Positions 55,413 to 64,000 of a stretch of DNA of 64,000 nucleotides are shown here, piece by piece (positions within the stretch are counted from its first letter, which is position 1; each line of letters begins with the position of its first letter). The translations under genes and the position numbers were made by a program. This DNA is from Thermoanaerobaculia bacterium (GTDB lineage Bacteria > Acidobacteriota > Thermoanaerobaculia > Multivoradales > Multivoraceae): the NCBI GenBank assembly GCA_963664405.1, contig OY761158.1, positions 4,512,001-4,576,000 of the forward strand, written 5' to 3'. A model generated the notes under the pieces. It saw only the letters and a program-made list of their open reading frames with translations, was not told the origin of the DNA and did no database searches.

Positions 55413-57163
55413 GGGGGCCAGTGGTGAGAGTCGGGTGGGTCTCGGCGGCGGCGTTGACGTTGCTTGTGCTGTCACCTCCGCGGGCTGGGGCAGAATCCTC
55501 GAGGGCTCGTGTCGACGGGGCTGCAGTCGCGGTGGTCACCGACTCCAACGAGCTTTTTCTCGAGGCGCCGCCGCTGGCAAACGAGGGGTGGATCCGATTC
55601 ACTCGACGCTTCTGTGCTTCGGACCAGGCTCGCTCCGAGGTCGAGGCCTACAACGGTAAAGCCACCCGTCTGCTCCGTGGTGTTCGCTACAAGGTCCCTT
55701 TTGGGCTGCTCCATGCGAAGTATCAGTTGGCGGTGATGCAGGCGTTGTTCGCAGACGATCTCGTCGGCAGTAGCGGTTGGCGTCACTATGTTCGCGGCGC
55801 CGAAGGTCGGACAAGTGAGAGTCTGTGGTCCATCTCGCAGTGGTTCACCGGCAGCGGCGAGAATTTCTCCGAGCTGCGCCGTCTGAATGCGCTCGACGAC
55901 GAGTTCCTGGCAGAGGGTCAGGAGGTGCTCATCTCGCCGACGCTCCTGCGGCAATCGCTAGCCGCTGCGCTGCCTTCGCCAACGTCCGCGTCCTCGGAGG
56001 TGGGGCTCGAGTACGGGCGTGACCAGGGCGGGCAGTTCGCCGTCTATCGGCTGCGGGCCGGCGAGGCGCTCTATTCGAGCGTAGTCGTGCGCCTGACCGG
56101 CCGGATCCACGCAGATGACGTCAATGAGCTAGTGGAGGGTATTGCCGAGCGTAGTGGGATCTCCGACGTCCGTACCATTCCCGTCGGCTACCGAGTAAAG
56201 ATCCCTGTCGACGTATTAGCCCCCGAGTTTCTTCCCCCGGCTCATCCGCGCCGTCTCGAGTACGAAGAGGGACGGTCGGAAACGGCGAGGTACACAAATC
56301 GGGCTCGCTCGAGGGACCTGGCGGGTGTGACTGTGATCCTCGACCCGGGGCACGGCGGCCGCGATGTCGGCGCCTCGATCTCGGGCGTTTGGGAGAGCGT
56401 CTACGTCTACGACATCGCGTTGCGCGTGCGGCGGGTCCTGCAAGACCGGAGCGCCGCCAAGGTCGTGCTGACCACCAAGGACGGCGCCGAATTCAGAGTC
56501 CAGGAGAAGGACGTGCTCGGCACTTCTCGTGGTCACAAGGTGCTGACCAGGCCTCCCTACGCGATCAGTGACTCGAAGGTGTCGAGCAACCTCCGCTGGT
56601 ACCTCGCCAACAGCGTCCTTGCGCGCGCGGTCGAGGCCGACAAGCGTGCCGACAAAGTCGTCTTCGTCTCCATCCATGCCGACTCGCTCCATCCGTCCTT
56701 GCGTGGGGCAATGGTCTATGTGCCTGGCCTACTCAAGAATCCTTCGAACTATGGGAAGACCGGAGTTGTGTACAGCTCTCGCCAGGAGGTCAAGGAGAGG
56801 CCGCGAGTGACCTTCAGCCGTCAGCAGAGGGTTGAGAGCGAGGGGCTCTCCCGCGATCTCGCCGGCCACCTGATCGATACTTTCAGGGAGAACGGACTCA
56901 CAATCCACGCCAACAAGCCCGTTCGCGATCGCGTGATTCGGGCGAACCGCGCCTGGGTGCCGGCCGTTCTTCGCTTCAATGCCGTGCCGTCCAAGGTGTT
57001 GCTGGAAGTGTGCAATTTGGCCAACGCCGAGGATCGCAGACTTATTCGCACAAGCTCCTTCCGCGAGAAGGTCGCGGCCGGAGTAGCAGATGCAATCATC
57101 TCCTACTACGGCGTCCGGCAGGACCACTCCGAGCCTCCGCAGGTCGCGAACCTACGGAAATGA
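55409..57163 (+). CDS. N-acetylmuramoyl-L-alanine amidase (Amidase_3) with signal peptide and LysM-like N-terminal repeats
   Basis: ILDPGHGG.D.GA, WES, SIHAD, LLEVCNL; ESLWSISQWF and GEALYSSVV LysM-like segments. Confidence 0.88.
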   Translation: MRGPVVRVGWVSAAALTLLVLSPPRAGAESSRARVDGAAVAVVTDSNELFLEAPPLANEGWIRFTRRFCASDQARSEVEAYNGKATRLLRGVRYKVPFGLLHAKYQLAVMQALFADDLVGSSGWRHYVRGAEGRTSESLWSISQWFTGSGENFSELRRLNALDDEFLAEGQEVLISPTLLRQSLAAALPSPTSASSEVGLEYGRDQGGQFAVYRLRAGEALYSSVVVRLTGRIHADDVNELVEGIAERSGISDVRTIPVGYRVKIPVDVLAPEFLPPAHPRRLEYEEGRSETARYTNRARSRDLAGVTVILDPGHGGRDVGASISGVWESVYVYDIALRVRRVLQDRSAAKVVLTTKDGAEFRVQEKDVLGTSRGHKVLTRPPYAISDSKVSSNLRWYLANSVLARAVEADKRADKVVFVSIHADSLHPSLRGAMVYVPGLLKNPSNYGKTGVVYSSRQEVKERPRVTFSRQQRVESEGLSRDLAGHLIDTFRENGLTIHANKPVRDRVIRANRAWVPAVLRFNAVPSKVLLEVCNLANAEDRRLIRTSSFREKVAAGVADAIISYYGVRQDHSEPPQVANLRK

Positions 57164-57263
57164 TATTGATCATTTTCTTCGGCCGTCGGCCTCTGGATGC
57201 GCCGTCCTCGGCGCCTGTGTCGACTAGCCGAGGGAAATGATATTGATCATTTTCTTCGGCTAG
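57156..57263. repeat. Composite palindromic repeat, copy C
   Basis: ggaaatgatattgatcattttcttcggc twice; gcgccg-tcct-cggcgc (57199-57214); 18-bp hairpin 57224-57263. Supplies the amidase stop codon. Confidence 0.8.
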
Positions 57264-57292
57264 GGAACAAAGGCCAGCCTTCTTTTGTCTAA
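57264..57292 (+). promoter_or_regulatory. Putative ECF-type autoregulatory promoter
   Basis: GGAACaa-N17-TCTAA, similar to RpoE/AlgU-type -35/-10, 12 nt before the sigma ATG. Confidence 0.5.
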
Positions 57293-57755
57293 TTAGTAAG
57301 AGGGATGTCAGCAGCCGAGGCACTTACAGGCAGGATCTCATCGAATCCGGACCTGGATCTGGCCGATCGACATCGATACGGAGATGCCACTGCCTTCGAA
57401 GAGATTTACGAGCGTTTCGCTCCGATGGTCTACAACCTGTGCCTACGGCTCTGCGGCAACTCCTGCCGCGCGCAGGATCTGAGCCAAGAGATCTTCCTTC
57501 GCGTTTTCAAGGGACTGAAACGCTTTCGGGGCCAATCGTCTCTACGGACCTGGATCTATCGCATCGCGCTGAATCACTGTCGTAGCCGTCTGGGGCGGAA
57601 AAAGTTGCTCCTCGAAGAGTTATTGGTGGCAACGTTTGAAAAGTGAGCCGTTCACCGTTTTGAAAGTGAGCCACTCTCAGCAAGTTTGAGTGTACGGGAT
57701 TTCCTGTCTTTCTCCCTTCTTCAGTGCTTCAGTACTAGATCGTCGTCGTCGCGGG

Positions 57756-57843
57756 TGCGGTAGCTGTGGGAAACCGGTCTGCCGGTTTTCCAAGGCCTGC
57801 GTGGAAACGGTCTGCCGTTTTCCGCAGGCGGTCAGATTCCGCA
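57756..57843 (+). ncRNA. Putative three-way-junction structured element downstream of istB (copy 2)
   Basis: P1 tgcggtagctg/cagattccgca; tgggaaaccgg-tctg-ccggttttcca; gcctgcgtggaaacgg-tctg-ccgttttccgcaggc. Confidence 0.6.
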
Positions 57844-57931
57844 GCCGATTCCGGAGCGACGGCCGCGCGGAGAGGCTCGTAGAGGCCCGATCTCTGCCTG
57901 GTGCAGGCCGTAGGTACCCCTCGAGAGCGGC

Positions 57932-58684
57932 TCATTTGACTTTTCTCCGAGAGCGGGTGCGGTACGAGGAGCCCTTGGTGGTGAGGATGTGGGCATGATG
58001 CGAAAGCCGATCCAGAAGCGCCGTCGTGAGCTTTTCGTCGGCGAAGACCTTGACCCATTCTGAGAACGCCAGATTTGACGTCACGATCGTGGATTTCCTC
58101 TCGTATCGATCCGCGAAGACGTTGAAAAGGAGCTCCCCTCCAGCCCGGTCGAACGGCACAAAGCCCACTTCGTCGCAGACCAAGAGGTCGACTCGTAGAA
58201 GGCGTTGCTGGAGTCGGCGGAGCTCGCGGTGCTCGCGCGCCTCGAGCAGATCGCGGACCAAGTCGGAGACCTTGCAAAAGAGCACACGGTACCGGCGCTT
58301 CGCGGCCTCGATGCCCAGTGCAATACCCAGATGCGTTTTTCCCGTGCCGATCGGGCCGACCAATATGATGTCCTCGCCACGCTCGATGTACTCGCACGAG
58401 GCGAGCTCGTTGAGCTTCGGCTTGGAGACTCCAGACAGGGCGTTCCAATCGATCTGCTCGAGTGTCTTGTGGTCGGGGAAGCGAGCCGACTTGAGCCGGC
58501 GCTGCACGGTTCGGGCTTCTCGGTCCCGGATCTCCGTGTCTAGCAGATCGCGCAGGTAGTCCTCGTAGTCCCACTGGCCGTCCTGAGCCTGCCGGGCTCG
58601 ATCCTCGTAGTCTCGAAGGACGGAGGGAAGCTTCAAGCTCCGCAAGTACTCCTGCATCACCGCCCGACGCGCAGCCCGGCTCAT
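57932..58684 (-). CDS. istB: IS21 helper ATPase IstB
   Basis: [35 protein letters not shown]. Confidence 0.96.
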   Translation of the reverse strand: MSRAARRAVMQEYLRSLKLPSVLRDYEDRARQAQDGQWDYEDYLRDLLDTEIRDREARTVQRRLKSARFPDHKTLEQIDWNALSGVSKPKLNELASCEYIERGEDIILVGPIGTGKTHLGIALGIEAAKRRYRVLFCKVSDLVRDLLEAREHRELRRLQQRLLRVDLLVCDEVGFVPFDRAGGELLFNVFADRYERKSTIVTSNLAFSEWVKVFADEKLTTALLDRLSHHAHILTTKGSSYRTRSRRKVK

Positions 58685-60129
58685 GACACAGACCCCTCTA
58701 GCAGCGCGTCGAAGTCAGCGGCTCGAGCGGATTCGATCTCGTGCTCTTTGAGACCCTCGGGAACCTCGTTTTTCGAGGGCTCAACAGGCCGCTCGAGACT
58801 CAGCAGGTCAAAACGACCGGCACCGAGTGCTTCCTCGAGCGCCACGGCTACATCCTCGGTCCCGTGATCCAACACCGAGCCCAGCAGTTTGGCGAACAGT
58901 CGCGCTGTTTCCAAGGCTCCATAGCGCGAGTCCAGCATCGTCCAGAGCTTGCGGTACGGCTCGCCGAGCTCGGCCAAGAGCTCCGGCGCCACTTGGCGCA
59001 CCGCCTGCGGCTTGCGAGCGAGCTCGTCGAAGTAGTGGGAATAGAGAATCTCTCGTTTCCCCCGACGGACACGGCGAGAGTGAACCTCCTCGCCGCGGCA
59101 CTGAAACGTGATCTCCTCGACTCCGATCAGCGCTGAGATCTGCAGACTCTTCCACCGTGACGGTACCGAGTAGGTCGATCCCTTCACCTGCACCATCGCC
59201 TGGCGGGATACCCGCACCACTTCCGGCGATCTGGGGTCGAACGCGAACCGCGGGAGCTCGAGCATCCCTTTCAGCTCCTCCTCCCACTTCGGCCCCGCCT
59301 TGCTGTGGAACGCCGATTCCACCGATGCGAGAACGGACTCCGCGATCTCGGTCAGAGATCGACCCCGAGGCACTGGCGTCAGATGCGCCAAGCGTAAACC
59401 CTTGCCTCGAGACTCCACGCTCCCCTTGTCGTGACCCTCACCGGGACGCGCGAAGCAAGCCTCGAACAAGTAGTGGCTCACCAACGCTTGGAATCGATCC
59501 GTCAGTACCCGCTCGACGCCCACCCGGCGACGGACGGCTGCTGTCAAATTGTCATAAACACAACGATGGGGAACGCAATCCAGGTACGCGAAGGCTCGAA
59601 CGTGACCCTCCAGAAACGACACCTGGTCCGCGCGATCGTAGAGCCAGACGAACGAACGGCCCGAGTACGGAAAGTGCATCACAAACTTCCACACCCGGTG
59701 TGCGGTGCCGTCTTCTTCGACCGTGACCTCGAAGAAGTCCACCTGCGCTTCCTCCCCAGGGCGGTGGATCAGCGGGATGTAGGCCTCCTGACGCTGACGC
59801 TTCCACTCTCGAAAGTAGCTCCGAACGGTCGTGATCCCGACCTCCAAGCCTTCCGACACCAGCTCGCTATGCAGACGACTCCCCGTGATCCGCTGCTTGC
59901 GAGTCGTCCGTCTCGACCAATCCTCAAGAAGCTCCTCCATACGCGGAGCCACCCGCTCCAGCACCATGCGACGGCGCGGTGCCAACACCACCCGCCGAGG
60001 CTCGCTCATCTCCCTGTACTTGCGAACCGTATTCCGGCTCACTCCCAGCTCAAGGGCCACCGATCGCTCGCTACGACCCTCGATCAGCACCTTGTGCCGG
60101 ATAACATGTACCTGATCCATCTTCAGCAT
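58681..60129 (-). CDS. istA: IS21 transposase IstA
   Basis: [35 protein letters not shown]. Confidence 0.96.
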   Translation of the reverse strand: MLKMDQVHVIRHKVLIEGRSERSVALELGVSRNTVRKYREMSEPRRVVLAPRRRMVLERVAPRMEELLEDWSRRTTRKQRITGSRLHSELVSEGLEVGITTVRSYFREWKRQRQEAYIPLIHRPGEEAQVDFFEVTVEEDGTAHRVWKFVMHFPYSGRSFVWLYDRADQVSFLEGHVRAFAYLDCVPHRCVYDNLTAAVRRRVGVERVLTDRFQALVSHYLFEACFARPGEGHDKGSVESRGKGLRLAHLTPVPRGRSLTEIAESVLASVESAFHSKAGPKWEEELKGMLELPRFAFDPRSPEVVRVSRQAMVQVKGSTYSVPSRWKSLQISALIGVEEITFQCRGEEVHSRRVRRGKREILYSHYFDELARKPQAVRQVAPELLAELGEPYRKLWTMLDSRYGALETARLFAKLLGSVLDHGTEDVAVALEEALGAGRFDLLSLERPVEPSKNEVPEGLKEHEIESARAADFDALLEGSVS

Positions 60130-60504
60130 CCTTCCTCCAGTAGCTCAGTCCTTTTTCACAAGACCAAGCTACCGTCTTTTGGCCGAGGGTGGATCACTTT
60201 CTAAGCGTTGGCTGGCTCACTTTTCGGGCGTTGCGTCCAAGTTATCGACCGAGATTGAAGAGGGCGCTCTGCCCGACCCTTCTCGGGGTCCGGAGGAGCG
60301 CCTCATGGCCAGTGACTGCGGTCGACGAGTGGCGGATGCTCTAGTGCAGCTCCCTCGTTGCTTTCGCGAGGCGGTAGTACTGCGAGACATCGAAGAGCTC
60401 TCCTACGACGAGATCGCGACAGTACTCGGAGTCCGCATTGGGACTGTCCGCTCTCGAATCGCACGTGGGCGGGACCGCCTTCGCATTGTCTTGGAGGCTA
60501 GTGC

Positions 60505-61176
60505 ATGAGCACCCACCCCGCTACGCACCTACTTTCCGCCTACCTCGACCGGGAGCTGCATGACGAAGAGAAGCAGGTCGTTGCGCGTCACGTCGAGGAA
60601 TGTAGTGGTTGCCAACATCGCCTCGACGGGCTCCGCCGCGTCATCGACGAGCTCAGAAGCATCCCTGCGGCTCAGCCTCCAGAGCTCCTGACGAGGAGGA
60701 TCGAAGGGCACCTGGCCCGTGCCTGGCGTGAGAGGCGAGTGCAGAGCCCACTCGCTCGGGGTCAGGGCGAGCTCTTGGCGCAGCCTGGTTTACGACTTGG
60801 CTTCGCGTTGGTTATTTCATTGGCCTTGATGACCTTGATCTTTGCCCAGGGACTCTCTCGTCGCGACCACAGTGGCACTACTCTGGTGGTGCCGCCGGAG
60901 GCTACAGTTGTGGATCCCGCAGAGGGTCAGAGCCTCGAGATTGGCGGGCGTGTCTTCGGCTTCCGGACGGGCCGTTGGGTCGAGGTCGGTCTCGAGACTG
61001 CGGCGACGCGTATCTTGGTAACCTCTTCAGCGGAGGCCCGTCAGCTGCTCGAAGGTCAACAGTGGCTATCAGAGCTCTTGGCTCCGGGCCGTGGGGTGGT
61101 GCTGGCTTGGGAGGGAGAAGTGCTCGAGCTCGTACCGCTCCCACAGCTCAAGAAGAGCCAGGAGAGAGGTTCTTGA
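60505..61176 (+). CDS. Zinc-binding anti-sigma factor (zf-HC2) with TM helix
   Basis: LLSAYLDREL...HVEECSGC; TM LGFALVISLALMTLIF; overlaps the sigma stop codon. Confidence 0.88.
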   Translation: MSTHPATHLLSAYLDRELHDEEKQVVARHVEECSGCQHRLDGLRRVIDELRSIPAAQPPELLTRRIEGHLARAWRERRVQSPLARGQGELLAQPGLRLGFALVISLALMTLIFAQGLSRRDHSGTTLVVPPEATVVDPAEGQSLEIGGRVFGFRTGRWVEVGLETAATRILVTSSAEARQLLEGQQWLSELLAPGRGVVLAWEGEVLELVPLPQLKKSQERGS

Positions 61177-63214
61177 TGTCGGCTACTGTGAAGCTTCCTT
61201 CGGATAGCTCGACTACGTCCCCGAGTTCCTTCCCGAGAAGCTTACGGGCTACTTCGGACTCGTAGGACAGGATTCCCTCGGTCGGCGCGCTCTCCCAGGG
61301 TCCGAGGATGCTCAGGGTCTCCTCGCCGCCGTCTCCGTCTTTGAGAACCACGGTGGTGCCTACTCGCACTGCGCTTGCGTCGATACTATCGAGCTCCAGA
61401 GGCTGTGATCGCTCGAGCTCGTCGTTGAGGTGCTGGGCGCGAGCAGTTAGATATTCGTGGCGCTGACGCGCCGACTTGTACTCGAAGTTCTCCCTTAGAT
61501 CTCCCATCGCTCGAGCCTCTTCGATGGCCCGACGATTGGCTGGGATCTCCTCCTCGAGAATGGCTTTGAGCTCGGTCCTCTTGGCGTCGATCGACCCCTG
61601 GAGCGCATAAAGGGGCTCATTGGTCTCCCGCAGGCTGGGGAAGCGCAGGAGCAGGGCATCTTCCAGTGCGCGGCGTTGATCGACTCCCAGAGCGGAAGAG
61701 CGGCGGACGTCCTCGAGTGCGTCGACCGCGTCTTCTTCGGAGAGGTGGTCGAGGAGCCTCGGGATAGTTCCACCGGACTCACAGAGTTTGCTCAACCGCG
61801 CGCGGTGGGCCGAGAAGGCGTCCTGGGACAGCGAATTGAGGATCTTCCGAAAGAGCCTTGCGCCGCCGGTCGCCCGTAGCGCCTCCTCTTCGGCGGCAGT
61901 TTCCGCGATCCATGTGAAAAGGGCCGGCGCCTTCGCCGGACGAGCGAGGCCCCTCTCTATCGTTCTCTTGAACGCTCCGGGATCCTCACTTCTGAGGCCT
62001 TCGATCAGCAATGCGACGAGCCCGACGTAGGTCTCCGAAGGGATCGCGGCCTCGTACTCCTTGATCCATTCCTTTCGGATCTCTCGAGCCAGTCTGTAGG
62101 CTTGGTCCCGCATCGCCTTAGAGTCGACCCCAGCGACGAGCTGGGCCAGGGACCCCACCGAGCCGACGAGCTCACGAGAACTTATCTCGGATTGGTTGTC
62201 GTCACGCTCCAAGGCGAGGGCGATCTCGAAAGCGAGGCCGGTCTCTTTCCCCGCCTTCCTTTTGGCGATGGCGAGAAGGTCGGCCCGCATCTTGCCAAGA
62301 AGATCGCTGTCCTGTGAGGAGGCGCGGCGAAAGAGCTCGATCTTGCGCCTGGGAGATGCAGCGTCGAACTGTTGCGACATGGCGCCACTGGCCTCTTCGC
62401 TGGTCGTGGCCCAGGTATAGGCGTTGCGCACCTCACGACTCGAGACCACCTGAGGGTGCCGCTTTGCCGTTGTCCACCAGCTGTTCCACTTCTTGAGGTC
62501 TACAAGGCCGTATAGCGCGTCGCGGATCTCGCTGGACAGCAAGGGTCGGGAAAAGCTGATGAGTAGCTGTTCGAGGAGCTCGGCCGGAGGCAGGCTCGAG
62601 AGAGTCTCGGGCTTGGTTCGCTTTCTGACCAGGAAGTGACTCTCGTCCAGCGCTTGCAAGACTTTCGTCGCCGCTCGGAATCCGACTCTGACGCTTCCCT
62701 TCCCTTCGACCTCGACCTTGAATCCCTGCAAGCCGTAATTGACTTCTTCCACACGGCCGGCGCCTTTACCCTCTAACCAGACGATGGTTCCCTCGGTGTA
62801 TTGGAGCAGGTTCTCGAGCCGAGCAATCTGTCCCCAGGTGTGGCTGGCGTCGCCTCTTCGCCCGATCTCCAGAGTCTCGATGAGGCCCTCGAGGCTCGGA
62901 TTGGCGCTGTGTAGATCTCGTAGCCGCTCCAAGGTGGCCGCGTGAAGCCGGGCTTTCGGTACTGCTACTTCGCCGACGGCCTGAAGCAGATCCAGCCGCA
63001 TCTGATGCATATCCTTGGCGATGAGCGCCTCGTCTAGAAGCTCCAGAAGAGTCCGAGCCAGTGCCGGCTGGCCTGTAGCGGACAAAGTGCGAGCGACGGA
63101 GGAGAAGAAATCGAGGTCGTCCAGATCTTCGTCGACCCTTTCGAGCCAAGCCGTTTCGACCGCGTCGAAGTCTCCGCGCTCTATCCGTTGGCGCATCTCT
63201 CGTGAAAAAGCCAT
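61148..63214 (-). CDS. Large GreA/GreB-domain transcription elongation factor
   Basis: C-terminal AIEEARAMGDLRENFEY, VRVGTTV, ILGPWES, LSYES..LLGK; about 530 aa N-terminal region with WNSWWTTAKR. Confidence 0.88.
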   Translation of the reverse strand: MAFSREMRQRIERGDFDAVETAWLERVDEDLDDLDFFSSVARTLSATGQPALARTLLELLDEALIAKDMHQMRLDLLQAVGEVAVPKARLHAATLERLRDLHSANPSLEGLIETLEIGRRGDASHTWGQIARLENLLQYTEGTIVWLEGKGAGRVEEVNYGLQGFKVEVEGKGSVRVGFRAATKVLQALDESHFLVRKRTKPETLSSLPPAELLEQLLISFSRPLLSSEIRDALYGLVDLKKWNSWWTTAKRHPQVVSSREVRNAYTWATTSEEASGAMSQQFDAASPRRKIELFRRASSQDSDLLGKMRADLLAIAKRKAGKETGLAFEIALALERDDNQSEISSRELVGSVGSLAQLVAGVDSKAMRDQAYRLAREIRKEWIKEYEAAIPSETYVGLVALLIEGLRSEDPGAFKRTIERGLARPAKAPALFTWIAETAAEEEALRATGGARLFRKILNSLSQDAFSAHRARLSKLCESGGTIPRLLDHLSEEDAVDALEDVRRSSALGVDQRRALEDALLLRFPSLRETNEPLYALQGSIDAKRTELKAILEEEIPANRRAIEEARAMGDLRENFEYKSARQRHEYLTARAQHLNDELERSQPLELDSIDASAVRVGTTVVLKDGDGGEETLSILGPWESAPTEGILSYESEVARKLLGKELGDVVELSEGSFTVADIKNLSPGSS

Positions 63215-63258
63215 GGGGCGAAAGAAGATATCAGAGGTTCACCCCTGTTAGGGGCTCA

Positions 63259-63287
63259 TTGACCAACTTCCTGACCGAGACTAGAGT
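63259..63287 (+). promoter_or_regulatory. Sigma70 promoter upstream of the RodZ-like gene
   Basis: ttgacc-N17-tagagt. Confidence 0.5.
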
Positions 63288-63309
63288 ATCAGCGGGTAGC
63301 TCCACTCCG

Positions 63310-64000
63310 ATGAGTCAACGGAAGAAGGAAGAGAGTCGTAGACTCCGGCCGTGGGAGCAGGGGCTGGATTGCGACGCAGACTCGTTTGGCGGCTGGCTTC
63401 GACGTCAGCGCGAAATGAGGGAAGTGACTCTTCGGGAGATCTCCGACGTCACTAAGATCAACCTCCGCTACCTAGAGGCGCTGGAGCTCAACCGCTTCTC
63501 TATTCTGCCCGCTCCCGTTTTCGCCCGCGGCTTCCTCAGAGAGTATGCGAGCTATGTGGGACTCGATCCAGATGAGGTCGTCAACTACTACATGCTTGCG
63601 CAGCAGGAGTCGCCTTCGGAGTCGTCTTCTTCCGGTAGCCGGTCCTCACGTCTGCACTCCTCGACTCACTGGGCTTATGGCTTGGTGGTGACCGGCGCTG
63701 TCGTTGCCCTGTTCGGGCTGGTTGCCCTTGTTTCCTTCTGGGCGGAGAGACGCGGCCCAGTCGAGGCCGATCTGCCTCCCACGGCCGCGCCGGTTTTCTC
63801 GGCCCCTCCTGTCGTGCCACCGCCCGAGGTTGTCGCCCCCGCCACCCCTCTACTGGTGACCCTCGACTTCACCGAGAACTGTTGGGTGGAGGCGATTCTG
63901 GATGAGGGCGAGCGCATCAGCGAGCTGCGGGTGCAAGGTGAGTCCTTGCGTCTCGAGGCTACGCAGTCGGTTTCGCTGACCCTTGGAAACGCAACCGGAG
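63310..64000 (+). CDS. rodZ: RodZ-like HTH membrane protein (3' end outside window)
   Basis: FGGWLRRQREMREVTLREIS..TKI..RYLEALE...LPAPVFARGFLREYASYVGLD, TM helix, CWVE...LTLGNA; not in the ORF track. Confidence 0.88.
   Translation, partial: MSQRKKEESRRLRPWEQGLDCDADSFGGWLRRQREMREVTLREISDVTKINLRYLEALELNRFSILPAPVFARGFLREYASYVGLDPDEVVNYYMLAQQESPSESSSSGSRSSRLHSSTHWAYGLVVTGAVVALFGLVALVSFWAERRGPVEADLPPTAAPVFSAPPVVPPPEVVAPATPLLVTLDFTENCWVEAILDEGERISELRVQGESLRLEATQSVSLTLGNATG

Larger units (their letters stand above)
57624..60239 (-). mobile_element. Complete IS21-family element, 2616 bp
   Basis: Terminal IRs tggtggcaacgtttgaaaagtgagcc and (reverse complement) tggacgcaacgcccgaaaagtgagcc; internal aaagtgagcc repeats; 6-bp TSD AGTTAT at 57618-57623 and 60240-60245; istA-istB. 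Confidence 0.95.
57305..60508 (+). pseudogene. ECF sigma factor split by IS21 (57305-57623 and 60246-60508)
   Basis: Region 2 (AQDLSQEIFLRVFKGL..FRGQSSLRTWIYRIALN) and region 4 (LSYDEIATVLGVRIGTVRSRIARGR) join in frame (EEL-STEIEE) when the IS and one TSD copy are removed. Confidence 0.93.

Overview
GC-rich bacterial chromosomal window, most likely Acidobacteriota (inferred from the Cys-rich N-terminal RpoB insertion and the MLWKGFQRP-type RpoA start). 1-2084 is the right end of a genomic island, bounded by a 3' tRNA-Gly(TCC) att fragment. It holds nested mobile elements: an ISAzo13-like IS in a serine-recombinase gene, whose element sits in an IS21 istB. 2085-14270 is an accessory region: RelE-type TA pair, SDR, ada-alkA/ogt, a CoA-transferase, an unannotated UxxC selenoprotein, small Cys-rich proteins and PaaX-boxC-boxB. 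14273-46252 is the core cluster: tRNA-Thr, tuf, tRNA-Trp, secE, nusG, rplKAJL, rpoBC, then str/S10/spc/alpha operons; rpmG, rpsN and rpsD are missing from their usual slots. 46380-64000 holds an EF-G paralogue, an M16 peptidase pair, lexA, a PilT-family ATPase with a coiled-coil tail, gatCA, an amidase, an ECF sigma gene split by an intact IS21, an anti-sigma factor, a large GreA and a partial RodZ. The two most novel signals are non-coding: (i) the same three-way-junction structure downstream of istB in two divergent IS21 elements, folding best antisense to the transposase genes, and (ii) a three-locus family of composite palindromic repeats whose stems co-vary.
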